64,000 bases of DNA. Source: Octopus sinensis. Taxonomy: Eukaryota. Positions within the stretch are counted from its first letter, which is position 1; every line of letters starts with the position of its first letter. Both the position numbers and the translations under genes were made by a program. This document shows, piece by piece, positions 1 through 12,652 of the stretch. The notes below the pieces were generated by a model. The model was not told the origin of the DNA. It saw only the letters and a list, made by a program, of their open reading frames with translations, and ran no database searches. Location: positions 27,280,001 through 27,344,000 of the forward strand of contig NC_042998.1 of the NCBI RefSeq assembly GCF_006345805.1, in the 5' to 3' direction.

Positions 1-2031
1 AGTTCTAGGGTTAATAATACTATCGTGAAAAATCTTAATTCGTCCTCCCTCTCCCCTTAATTGGCACAGACCTGCCTCCCCTTTACACTGCTTTCGCCTG
101 CTGCTGTTTAGTTTCCTATCAAAGTTGGTGTATGTAGGTAGAGCTGGAAGCCAACAACTTCACATAGCTTCTATTTCTAATATATTTATGTATATGGGTT
201 TCTTTTCTCCTCCTCCTTTTTCTCTCTTTTTCCCCACCCTCTTTCTCTCTTCACTACTCTTTTCTTTCTATCTAAATATGTATTTAAAGCTGCCGTTTGT
301 GTATTTAGTCAAGACGATTCTTTCTCTCCCCCCTTCACCTCTTCTTTCTTTCTCTCTCTCTCCTTTAACCACCCTCCCCTCTATCTCTAAACTGCTTAGG
401 TTTTATAAGTCTGATAAATCGATTAGTGTAGCAATGTTTATTTCGCTTTTGGAGTTAAGGATTATCTCTAATTATTTTCTAAATAATAAAAACATGCTGT
501 GTCTATAAAATTGTATATATATATACATACATACATACATACATATATATATCTATGTTAAGTTTTTGTCCTTCACATTAATATATATGTATATATTATA
601 TCTTATGATTAGAAACAATAATTATCTCATATTTCCCTTTGTTTGATATAAATAAATCATAAATAAGTGTATCCTTGATAAATTTCATTCTCAATTTTAT
701 TTCGTTGTATTACATCGTTAATATTTTTTTTAATGAAAAAGCACTTGTTTTTGCTTTAAAAATGTTTTTTTTTTCTCTCCTTGTAATATTTCTTATATAA
801 AAATTGATTACAAAATCATAGTTTACGTTCAGTAAATTAAATCTAGTATTAAAATTGAATGAATTTGTCGTGTTTTTAAGACTTTTTAATCAAACGTGCT
901 TAATGAAAGCAAAAATAGTCGGTTATAGTTTCGACAATTAATTAACGGTTTCGAATCCTGATAATGTTCCCGCCTAATGGGTCCACCTCCTGCAGGAGGT
1001 AGGGGGTTAATATGAAATAGTATCCCTTGATTGTGTAGCATGTTTTCCTGAAAGTAGTAACCTCCGAAAACGGTCGGCACTGCTTGTGAACCTAAACGGG
1101 ATACCCACCTTCTTTGCGCTATATTTAAATTTTCAAATATAACCAAGCAGTTATTGCTGTTATTTTGCAAGTCAAAAGAAAATAATAATAATAATAATGA
1201 TATAATAATGATTGCAGGCAACTTGCATCTTCTGTTGAACGTTTTCAAATGTATCTAATTTGTTGTAACCGAACACTTGTTGGACTTTCTCTACTGACTG
1301 ACAGCCTTGTTATGCATTTCTTGAATGGGGTGTTAACTTAGAGTCGATTAATGTCCCCTCTAACCTTCACCACTGATTCTCCAGCCTGCTTTTTTTCGAA
1401 CGATGGCAATTTTTATCTGGACACTCGAACTGCTTGCTTGACAAAACATTAAAAACTAGCTGTGCTGTTGTTGAAAGAAGGAAGAACTGAGAAATGCATG
1501 TTTCAACGGGTTCTCTTTCTGACAGCTTTCTGACTCCTCCTTCTTCTTCCTCATCAGTATATTTATTACAATTCCGTTGTTCATTTGACATGTTCTTATA
1601 AATATTTTTCTGTGGAAGAAAGGAACATGCTTAAATTAATTTTAAGCGCTTTTCCACATCATCTTATAATACAAATTGCGTAATCGCGTGTGTGTCAATA
1701 CTGTTTATATGTGAATGTACTGTTTACGTGTGAGGGTTGTTTACATGTGTGTATATGGGAATTGTTTATATAATAATATATACACACACACACACATATA
1801 TATATATAATACAGAGGGATTAATTTTGTATATTTACAAGAATCGCATATTATTTTTTTTCTTTTATGTACGTTGTATAATTGCGTGTGTGCGTCATCCA
1901 AATGTTTAAAACAATTTTTGCACAGTTTTGTAATTTGATTATAGGTGTTTGAATTAACTGTTTGTGTATGTTAAAAGAAAATATTGAAGCCTACTTAATT
2001 ACTTAATTGTGAGACGTTAAAGAGAAACTAT

Positions 2032-2064
<33 letters not shown>

Positions 2065-3459
2065 CAGTTGCATTATATATATATATATAATGCAACTGTA
2101 AATTCTTTTAATTGTATTTTTACTTTTGAATCGGATAATCCAATGACCTAGATCTTTACTGATTCTTTCACTGGCGTATGTTATTTTATCGAGCCTGCAT
2201 TAAATGTAGCATTATTGCCTATTTCAACAGTCTGAAAAACCTTTTCCCCATTTTCTACTGTTATCCACTTATTTCTCTTGTCACTGCTGCTTGATTACAA
2301 AAAGCGATTGTTTTAAGTTGATTTGTCTACGCAGATACATTTTATTTTGTTTTGTTTTTATTTTATTTTATTTTTTTAAAAATAAATTTAAACTTTTCTA
2401 ATGTAGTTTTCAGTTAAGTTTTGTTCGGTATTTTATTGACAGAAATGTTTGTAATCTCATAGAATAATAATTATTTAGGCATCTTGCCTTCGCTTGCGGC
2501 TGTATTCTTCTTTTTTTTTTTGACTTAGATTAAGTATTCACATTTATTTCTGGTTAATATTCTCACTGATATTACAACTAATTCATTTCTATCCAATTCG
2601 ATAAAATTCAACGAGTAATAAAATAATATTATGTGTTATTGTAGTACGCTATCCATCTACTTACTACTACATCGAACTTGAGTTTAATTAAATTTTGGTA
2701 TTTTCTTGAGTTAAAAATTGAATTAAAATGAACAATTATTTCACTTGAGCATTTTTTTCGTCTCTTGATATTATTTCCATTTGATTTATCTATTCACTGC
2801 TTTGAATTTTTGGTCTTGGACAAACCAAAGCGAAGTTATTTTGTAAATATGCCCAATTCTATATACTCTTCCCCTCCTACACATACACACACACACACAC
2901 ACACACTTAGTTTCACGCGATTCTTCCTCAGTTGCAGTTTACCGAAAATAAAATTAAAAAGATACCTAATATATATACACACACACATTCTCTCTTACAC
3001 ACACACACACGCACTAATAATATTTTTTTTACATGTTTTCTGAAGATAAAATCTAAAATATTAGGTTTTTATTTCAATAATTCATAGAAATCGATACATT
3101 ATTTCCTTTGTTTAATTCTCTTACAACAAAAATTTTAATTTTTTTTTAATAAAAAATTTTTTTTTTTCAAATTTTAAAACAAAAAAAAAAAAAAAAGAAA
3201 CTCGAACCAATTTTAAAATTCATTCAACTTAAATATTTAATAATTGCGGGTATTCTTTTCTGATTGGGGCGAATTTTAATTTTCATTTTTGTTGCAAGGA
3301 AATTTCAGCAACAGTGAAAAATATCTAAAGTTGTTTGACAATTTCATATCAAATAGCCTAGGTTTTTTGTTGCCTGAGACAATTAATAACCTAAAATAGA
3401 TTGCCTATTTAAATGGCTTAAGGTTTCTTCTACTCAACATAACTTTAGTTGTAATTCTC

Positions 3460-4450
3460 TCTCTCTCTTCCACTCTGTTACACACACACACAATTCCTCT
3501 TTTCTTTCTGTCTTTTACTTCCACTGTTTTACTCTTTATCATTTTCTCTTTTCTTGTTTCTTTCTTTTTCTCTCCTCCCCTCCTCCCAACCCAATTCTTC
3601 TCCCCTCCTTCTTTGCCTTTCTATTTTCTCATGTTTCTCCTCCCACTTTATCCTCTCGCTTTCTCTCTTTTACACCCCTCGCTGTTTTTTTTATGTCTTT
3701 TTCCTCACTCTCCCCTCCAACCTTCCCCTCGCAGTTTCTCTATTTCTCCTCACACTGTTTCTAATCATTTGCTCCCCCTTTTCCTCACACTATATCCTTT
3801 TCTCTTCAACACTTTCCCTTCACACTTTCTATTTACCATTTTCCCCCCTCACATCAACTCTTTTCCTCTCGTTATCCTTCCCCTCACATCTATCCTGTCT
3901 CCTCACACTTTCTCTCTATCCTTTCTCCTCACACTTTCTCTCTATCCTTTCTCCACACACACTTTCTCTATATCCCTTCTCCACACACACACACACACTT
4001 TCTCCTCACACTTTCTCTCTATCCTTTCTCCTTTTTATCTCTATCCTTTTCCCCTCACACTTGTCCTTTCTCCTCACACTTTCTCTCCTTTTAACTTACT
4101 CTTCCTCTATCTCTCTATCCTTTTCCCCCTCTACTTTTTCTCTATCTTTTCCTTCTATCGCTGTCTCTATCTCTTCTTCTCACTTTCTGTCTATTTCTTT
4201 TCACAATCTTTATCCCCCCCCATTCTCTAATACTTTTCTCCCCACACTTTCTCTATCATTTATCTGACGCATTTATTCCTCCTTTTTCCTCCCTCTTTTT
4301 CGTTCTTTTATTTTTCTATCATTTTTCTCTTATCTTTCCATCTTTTTTCTTTACTTTATTCCCCCCCCCTTATCTCTCTTTCTCTTCCTGTGTCTATCTC
4401 TTCCTCTTACTTCCACTTTATATCTCTCTCACTCTTTCTCTCCCTACACA
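3460..4450 (+). repeat. ~1 kb polypyrimidine (C/T-rich) low-complexity tract with degenerate ~26-nt units
   Basis: Recurring tttctcctcacactttctctctatcc-like units (e.g. 3921-3950, 4000-4030) and very few G. It produces the spurious S/L/F/P ORFs 3554..4267 and 3613..4230. Confidence 0.9.
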
Positions 4451-7400
4451 CTTCTGTGCCTCTCAAAGCACACCGCACACTCTTCATGCTTCAACAGTCC
4501 TTCATATCTGTGTGTTCAAGCAGTAATTCTTCAATTAGTGTATATACATGTATTTAAATATATATATTTTACTAATAATAAAATATAAAAGCATGTTATA
4601 TTTTCCCCCCTATCGTGACTGCATATATACATATAAGATCATTGATGTTACATTTATTGATTGCTATTAAAATTCCAGCTAGTAGTAATATTAAAACCAT
4701 AAGATAGTCTAATTTTTCCAAATTAGATACAGTTATCATTACACATGTCAGGTATTGCTACTCACTGCTGCTTTTTCCTTTTCAAAATATTGATTCTTTA
4801 TATATAACCTTCCAGCAACGACTTGTACTGCCGTTCTGTGCTTTTTAGCTCTCTTAAATATAATCTGCAATTTTTAACTTTGATCTAAAATATTTGCTGA
4901 TTATCGTGGACTTTGTTTAAGAGTAATTTATCTCGTGTTATTCTGCATAATATGAAATAATTCCCTTTCATTTATTTGTTGATATATTATCAGAATATTA
5001 TCGTGGTGGTGTTGGTAGTGATAAGATCACTAAGCTCATTTTGGTGGTATCTGATTAATCTTAACTTTGTTTTTTCTTTTATCTCTCTCTAGTTACATGT
5101 TAAACGTTGAGAAATAATTTAGAAGTGACTATTTTTAGTATTAACATAAATATCAGACTTCCTGTTAAAGAAAATTGAATGAAATCAGCTCTTTGTCTAT
5201 TATAGTTGTCCTGAAAAAGAAAAAAACTTTTTATAATTAATCTGAAAAAACCATTTTCAGTAGAATTAATTTACTTTATACAATTTCATTAATTTTAGAA
5301 TTTATAAATTATAGATTTAATATATATTTTTTTTTTAGGTATTGCATTATTCTTAATTTTCTTCTCCAATATTTGAAATTCTGATTAATTATTGTTGAAT
5401 TTCCATCAAATAATGTATCAATATTTTTATTTCTTTCATTTGATGTGTGTGTGTCTTAGTTGCAAATGTTGAACGCGCGCGCACACACGCACACACTTAT
5501 TAAAACTGATCAGATGATGAAAATCCTGTTTTGTTAAGGTTTATTATTAACTAGTAAGCTGATATGGAATTCTTAGCTGTCTCAGTTGATCCTATACGCC
5601 TGAGCAACTACAATTTATATATGTAATACATGTTTTATGAGGAGAATAATTCTTGCCTGAATTATTGCCATAACATGTGGAGTGCTGTTTAAGTGTTGTG
5701 TGGTACAATTGTAAATACACACTTTTTACTCTGGCTTAGAAGTCATTCTTGAAGTTTCTCTAATAATACAATTTAAATTTCAAGTTTTGCTTCTTTTTTT
5801 TTTTTCAATTTTCTCCAATTTTTGAAATTCTGATTAATTATTGTTGAATTTCTATCAAATAATGTATTAACAAGTAAATAAAACTTGTGGTTAATGATTG
5901 TTACCAATAAATTACTTTTTCTAAAAAAGTTATTAAAAAGGCTGTTTTATGTTTAAAATAATTTTTCTGTTTAGTCATGTCCTTGTTTAGTTAGTTGCTT
6001 CATAAAGATTACTGGCAAGTCATTAAAATTATTTGTAATATGGAGGGGGGGGGGAGTATTTAAAAAAAATATTAACGTATCATTTGCTGTAGTTTTTTTT
6101 TCTCTTCCTGTTTCATTTGTGTGGTTCACATTATTTTATGAACACTGAACTCAGATTTAATACTTTATAATAATAATAATAATACTTGTTTCACTTCTAA
6201 ATGCATCAAAGACATCTGGATTCCTTCCTGGTTGATTGAGATATTCCAACCATTTACACCTGATGATGATGCATTTGGGGAAAAGCATGAACATCACAAG
6301 TTCCCATTATATCCATCTCCCCCTCCACCACAACCACCACACAAAAATAAAATAAAATACAGGACTTTCTATGTTTAGTGAAAGGAAACTAATATTTCTA
6401 AATGAAAGTGTAAACCTATTCTTTTTAACAATTGGCTTTCAAACTTTCCACTTGTAAAAATAGGTCAGGGTAAAGTGCCAGTGTAAAAATGGCTTTTTCA
6501 TAGGCTATCTGGCAGTCCTGCTTTTACTGGCCATTTACTTATTAACAAGATAGTATTGTGCTTGCTTTCTCATTTTATTACCTACCCGGAAATTATTTAT
6601 TATAGAATCTGTCTTGGCTGACAACTGTCTTTTGTATTAGCACTTTTCCCTTTCCACTAGCTTTTGTCCTTGTATTGAAAAAAAAGGGCAAAGGTTTTTA
6701 CTTTCACTCTAAATAACTCTTTTAGTTCTATATTGAATTACCAATATTTTTGAAGACTATCGAAATAGGATTATTATTTTTTTTCTTTTTGCTACTGTCA
6801 TTATTCAAAATTATTTTGACTGTATATATATTTTGTTGAAATAAAAATTGAATTATGAAAACAACAACAAAAAAATTATGTATTTAAAAAGTTTAATCAT
6901 GGCTCTGTGGTAAGCAGCTTGGATCTTGTTAAATTTCTTCTAACCACCTGAAGTTTTTCAAACTTCAACAGATTATTTTCAAAACATGTAGTTCATCACA
7001 ACACTTTTTTTTTCTTCTTCTGTAAATTAATCAAAGATGTTCGTTGCCAACGTTATTCGTTGGTCGGAACTGTCATCAATTCACTACGACACTGGATATG
7101 TTTTATTGTATGTTACCATAAACATAACACTGAACACGTGTTTGTTATACATACATACGTGTTGGATTACTTTATGAAACGATGCATCGGTGCTCCAATT
7201 ATGAATGGAAAAAAAAAAATGCCCACTACCACCAACACCACGACGTCATATAACATGTCTTACCGTTTTTTTAGACGTTATGATACAATTTAAGGAAGAT
7301 TTAGCAGCTTTTTCTAGCAGGTCGAGAGACCACATAACGATTTCATATTTGTTGTCTTTGCTGGTTTCCATGACAACAGACAGTTCCGGCCTACGATGTA

Positions 7401-7959
7401 ATGGCAATGGACGTCATTGATTGGTTAAAACTCTGTAACTTCAACTGTTTATAACTGCTTTATTATTAATTTCTAGACGAAAAAAAAAAAAAAAAATGAA
7501 TGCGGTTTTCATCAGCAGCATGCAAAACTACATCAGAACTTCATTAAAAAAAAAAATCTGAATATTGATTAAACTTCCGAGTGGTTAGAAGAAGTTCAAC
7601 AAGATCCAGAAGTTTGCTTTCCAAATAACATAGTTTTAAGTCTTGGCTGTAGTGTCACTTTGCCTTGTGAGTGAGTTTGGCAGACGAACACTGTTTGGTG
7701 TATATCTGTGTTTGTTTCCACCCCTGCTTGACAACAATTGTTGGTTTGTTTACGTCCTTGCTTAGTATTTTAGCAAAAAGAGACTGATTGAATAAGTATC
7801 AGGGTTTTAAAAATAAATACATGTGGTTGATTTGATTAAAATCTCCAAGGTGCTGTCAATAACTAAATCAAATTGAAGATATAATATTAAGATATTTAAT
7901 CGTCACATAAGCTTTCATTGCCAACCGTTTTAGATTTCCTTTTAGAATATAGCAGGTGT

Positions 7960-8357
7960 ACTCTTAGCTTTATTCTTTTACTTGTTTCAGTCATTGTCTG
8001 ACTGGCCATGCTGGAGCACCACCTTTAGTCGGACAAATCGACCCCAGGACTTATTCTTTGTAAGCCTGGTACTTATTCTATCGGTCTCCTTTTTGCCGAA
8101 CTGCTAAGTTACAGGGACGTAAACACACCAAGATTGGTTGTCAAGTGATGGCGGGGTAGGACACACACACACACCACAAACTTATACATATATATACGAC
8201 AGGCTTCTTTCAGTTTCTGTCTACCAAATCCACTCAAGGATTTGGTCGGCCCGATGCTACAGTAGAAGACACTTGCCCAAGGTGCCACGCAGCGGGACTG
8301 AACCTGGAACCATGTGGTTGGGAAGCAAGCTTCTTACCATGCAGCCACGCCTGCGCC
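7960..8357 (-). mobile_element. tRNA-derived SINE, family A (full length)
   Basis: Reverse complement of the family A copies at 16301 and 22706: A-box tggctgtgtgg-like, B-box ggttcagtccc-like, ccttgggcaagtgtctt core, central microsatellite, gtaaaagag tail. Confidence 0.85.
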
Positions 8358-8439
8358 TTATTCGTATTTTTATTAATTACTAAAGTTTTAATTTTAGTTT
8401 ATTCTCTTAATTAGTAATTAAAAAAGGATAATGGTCCTT

Positions 8440-8695
8440 CCTGAGTCATAAAGACTTTTAACCCTTATGAGTCATATGGATTCATAGGGCCAGTTTCTCA
8501 GTTTCTGTGGTGTATATATTCTGCACCAGGACAGGACACCAGTCCATCACAGAATTACCAATTTTTACCGGATGAGTGCACTGGAGCAACATAAAATGAA
8601 GTGTTTTGCTCAAGAACACGACATGTCACTTGACCTAGGAATTGAAACCACAATCTTACAATCAGGAGTTGAACATCATAACCACTAAGCCATGC
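8440..8695 (-). mobile_element. Older SINE-like repeat (family H); related copies near 10600-10760, 49050-49275, 58280-58497
   Basis: Shared motif ctggagcaac...aagtgtyttgctcaag.acac and an aaccacaatctt...aaccactaagcc tRNA-like head on the minus strand recur in four places. Confidence 0.55.
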
Positions 8696-8825
8696 TTTGC
8701 TCTGTTAATTTCTAATTGGATATTGATTATTAATGCTTTTCATTTGTTGGTAATTGCTCTAATTGCTCAACAATTTAGATAGCCTAAAAGAATGTTCATC
8801 CTTCTTTACCTAAAAGTTCATATTT

Positions 8826-9597
8826 TAACCCTTTTGATATCAACCTGCCTGAAACTTCTGGCTTTGTAGCGTACAAATGTTTTATTTTCAAGTTCTGAAT
8901 TAAGATCTCCCAAACTTTAGCCACAATTTATGTTCCTAACACTAGCTTAACAATAACTAGTAAATTCTTTGTTATATTTCAACTAATTGAAAGAAACACA
9001 GAGCATCTCAATAGAAATATGGTAACAAAATGGTTAAACTTCGACCAAAATCTGTGATTATTAATGCTTTTCATTTGTTGGTAATTGCTCAACAATTTAC
9101 ATAGCCTAAAAGAATGTTCACCCTTCTCTACCTAAAAGTTCACATTTTAACCCCTTTGATATCAACCTGCCTGAAACTGCCTCTGGCTTTGTAGTGTACA
9201 AATGTTCTGAATTAAAAACTTCCACCGAACTTTAGTCACAATCTATGTTCCTAACACTAGCTGAATGATAACTAAGTTATTTTACTAAATTCCTTGTTAT
9301 ATCTAAAATTTATTGAAAGAAACACAGAACATCTCAACAGAAATATGGTAACAAAAGGGTTAACAAATGATTAATTTAACCCTTTCGTTACCAACCTGGC
9401 TGAAACTGGCTCTGTAATACAAATGTCTTGTTTTCATAAGTTTTAAATTAAAATCTTCAACCAAACCTTAGTCACATTTTATGTTCCTAACACTAGCTTA
9501 ACAATAACTAAGTTATTCTACTAAACTCTTTGTTATATTTAAACTAATTGAAAGAAACACAGAGTATCTCAATAGAAATATGGTAACAAAATGATTA
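8826..9597 (+). mobile_element. Three tandem TTAA-flanked piggyBac-like MITEs (family D): ~8826-9037, 9147-9363, 9377-9597
   Basis: Each ~220 bp with ttaaCCCTT...AAGGGttaa-type termini and the shared body aaaccttagtcacaatttatgttcctaacactagc. Confidence 0.8.
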
Positions 9598-9842
9598 AAC
9601 TTCAACCAAAATCTGAAAAATAGTAACTGACTAGTGGCATACTCTGTTAAATACAAAGTATTAGTCTTAAGCCATTCTTATGTTAGCCTCTGTAGTCATG
9701 AGTCATAACAAAGTACATTTCAACAGGTTTATCAAGATAACGCGCATGTTAATTACAGAGCTGGCAAAGCATAATAATGCAATACTTTTTGTTGGTTCAA
9801 AAACTTAAATAGACAAATTATTCATTTGTTGTAAGATGAACT

Positions 9843-10477
9843 CGTTAGCATTCAGATTACTTTCTCAAATGTAATGCTTATTTATTCACATTGTTTTGAA
9901 TGAATTATGCATTATCTTGTAGCTTCTAGAATCCAGTGATGTGATTGCTTATTTTAAGAATGACATTGTAGGACAGGTGTGAGAGGCTGGATCTGGCTGG
10001 TTTGAACATAAAATGGGTAGACCACTTTGTCCTGAAATCAAAATCAAATTCGATGACTGGCATCCATGCTAGCTGGGTGCAAAGAGCACCATCCGGGTGT
10101 GATCGTTGCTAGAGCAGCCAACTGGCTTCCGTGCCGGTGGCACATGAAAGGGCACCATTCGAGCGTGATCGTTACCAATGTCGCCTTACTGGCACTTGTG
10201 CCTGTGGCATGTGTAAAAAGATTCGAGTGAGGTCGTTGCCAGTACCGCCTGACTGGCCCCCATGCCATGGCGCATTAAAAGCACCCACTACACTCTCGGT
10301 GTGGTCGGTGTTAGGAAGGGCATCTAGCTGTAGAAACTCAGCCAGATCAAGATTGGAGCCTGGTGCAGCCATCTGGTTCGCCAGCCCTCAGTCAAAATCG
10401 TCCAACCCATGCTAGCATGGAAAGTGGACGTTAAACAATGATGATGATGATGGCAGGCTTAAATGCTAATGGGTTAA
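9843..10477 (+). mobile_element. TTAA-type MITE family E interrupted by a SINE B copy (10035-10452)
   Basis: The E body (ttagcattcagattac...atctggctggtttgaacataaaa) stops near 10034 and resumes after the (ATG)n tail of SINE B as atggcaggcttaaatgctaatgggttaa. Confidence 0.75.
10035..10452 (+). mobile_element. SINE-like retroposon family B with internal tandem ~60-nt units and (ATG)n tail
   Basis: Family signature ggaagggcatcyagctgtagaaac...ccaacccatgctagcatggaaagyggacgttaaa + (atg)n, found in at least 8 copies in this window. Confidence 0.8.
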
Positions 10478-10763
10478 GGTGATGTAATCTCCTATCAAGG
10501 GCAATGTATGTTGTTCAGTTTTTTGCCGAATCACCTACACAAATGATTTGTTTATAGTAATCAAATGCATACGCTTTACACATAAAGCTTGCCTACTTCC
10601 ATCAAATCGATGTTGCCTGCTTGAACAGGTGCCTGGGGCACCACATGTCGGGCATCAGTAATTGCAGAGCAATGTGAAGTACTCCAGAACACAATGCACC
10701 ATTTGGTCTAGCAATTAAAGCCACAATCTTGTGATCATAAGAGCAACAGCTTAACCGCTAGGC

Positions 10764-10964
10764 CAGTGGTTTTCAACCAGGGTTCCGCCAGTACAGTCCA
10801 GGGGTTCCGCAAGAAGTTACAAAACTGTTAAAATCGGCAGTAATTTTTAATTCTCCTGTGCAGATATATGTGCATAAGACTATTAAATTATTGCACAGGG
10901 GTTCCCCGAGCCAGTGGAATGTTTCCTTGGGGTTCCACTCCAGCAAAATGTTTGAAAAGCACTG
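10764..10964. mobile_element. hAT (Charlie-like) MITE
   Basis: TIRs cagtggttttcaa / ttgaaaagcactg (12/13) and an 8-bp TSD cgctaggc / ctctaggc (7/8). Confidence 0.75.
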
Positions 10965-12045
10965 CTCTAGGCTATGCACCTCAAATGATAAAGTACTTTT
11001 ACTACATATCCATAAGTTAAAAAGTTTAAGATATTTCTTTTTCTCTTACATTATGTTCCTAACTTTGCTCCCCTCATTTTACTGAAGAAAAAAAAGATAA
11101 AGTTTACGGTTGAGTGGTACAAAGGGTAATTAAGCTATAAAAATTCTTGAATGAAAAATAAAATGGCATTGGAGGAGCAATGCTAACCCTTTGCGCAGAT
11201 AAATTTTTTCACAGATTACAATGATTTGCTTACCCATGCTTTTTAATTGAATTGAATTAAACTTTGTAAGTGGTGAAATAAATGAAACCCTCAAATCCAT
11301 CACTTTACACACACATGCACACACACAATCACATATTTTTGTATGTATTTATGTATGTTTGAAGATAATCAAAACAAATTTTCATCATTTCGAGTCTCTC
11401 ACCCAATGAGTATTTCTGCCAAATTTGGTGAAAATCCGTTCACCCATTTTCCAGTAATTTTGCAAACACACAGACAAAGATGTGTGATTACAATACCCTG
11501 CTTTCACTGACGCGTGCAGGATAAAAAGAAGGCACCCACCTCACGCTTGTAAGTGATGATTCAGCAAAGTTTAATTGCCTTGCAGAGTATTTGCTCTGAC
11601 TCTGCATTCTGAGTTCAAATCCTGCCATGGTCAGCTTAGTTTTTTTTTATCCTTTCAGGGTTCATTAAAATACAGTACCAATCCAGGGCAATGGGTTGGT
11701 AGAATTGTCAGAACATTAGAAAATGCCTTAAAGTATTTGTTGTGGTTCTTTGATGGTTCTGAATTCAAATCTTACCATGGCCTTCTTTGGTTGTAAGACT
11801 TAATCCATTGCTCAGTTTAGTATCTCCTCTCCCCCACCCCTCGTTTTCGGTGCTTTTAGTGGAATCCACTCTGTTGTAAGCATTAAGACTAGGTCTCTGC
11901 TTTCAGAATACCTTCCTAAGCAGCTTTGGGGGCTTTGTGAAGGATCTTTGGAACTGTCTTTCTCCTAGCTCAAAAACAAAAAAAAACTAAAAAGTATTGA
12001 AAAGCAAGCATAAAAATAAATGTTTATAAAAATTTTGATTCAATA

Positions 12046-12202
12046 TGTGCAGGTGTGGCCATGTGGTAAGAAGTTTGCTTCCTAACCACATGGTTCTGGG
12101 TTCAGTCCCACTGTGTGGCACCTTAGGCAAGTGTTTTCTGTAGCCTTGGGCTGAAAAAAGCCTGGTGAGTGGATTGTGTAGACGAAAACAGAAAGCTTGT
12201 TA

Positions 12203-12243
<41 letters not shown>

Positions 12244-12487
12244 CTATCTATCTATCATATATATATATATATATATATATCTATATCTTTGTATGTGTAT
12301 TTGTCCCCCATCATCGCTTGACAGCTGGTGTTGGTTTGTTTATATCTCTTAGAAGTTTGGCTAAAGATCCAATAGAATAAGTACCAGGATTTAAAAAAAT
12401 AAATAAATATTGATGCCAATTCATTTGACTAAAAGTTCTTCAAGGCAGTGCCCCAGCATGGCCACAGTATAATGACTAAAACAAGAA
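12046..12487 (+). mobile_element. tRNA-derived SINE family A (diverged variant)
   Basis: Head caggtgtggccatgtggtaag, B-box ggttcagtccc, central (GT)n(AT)n, tail ccagcatggccacag...aatgactaaaacaag. Confidence 0.75.
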
Positions 12488-12652
12488 TTTCATCAGTTAT
12501 TGGTGAATTTTCAATCTGCTTTGCTCTGCTGTTGTTTTCCTCTTTCATTTGATGCCTTATAAAGTTTACATTGAGCTTAGATTGATAAATGAAGAAAACA
12601 TAGTGACCAATGACTTCCCATCATACTGACTCCTTCCTTAACACTTCAGCAT

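Noticed and set aside
886-1248. Minus-strand ORF containing RLGSQAVPTVF, reminiscent of the THAP-domain AVPTxF box
   Set aside because: The C2CH zinc ligands and conserved P/W/F spacing of THAP are absent and the N-terminus comes from an (AAT)n tract; probably coincidence.
1367-1591. 74-aa minus-strand ORF with an acidic DEEEE stretch
   Set aside because: No recognisable family, no linked exons; the acidic run comes from a short (CTT)n repeat.
3554-4267. 237-aa and 205-aa S/L/F/P-rich ORFs that look membrane-like; also 125..508 and 35044-35532
   Set aside because: They arise from polypyrimidine low-complexity DNA that cannot easily form stop codons; no domain or splice support.
8138-8383. 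Recurrent similar ORFs (…QGFGRPEAIVEDTCPRC… / …RRHLPKVPRSGTEPGTMWL…) at 8138, 16139, 22695, 49444, 52594
   Set aside because: They are antisense or alternative-frame translations of SINE A copies, not a gene family.
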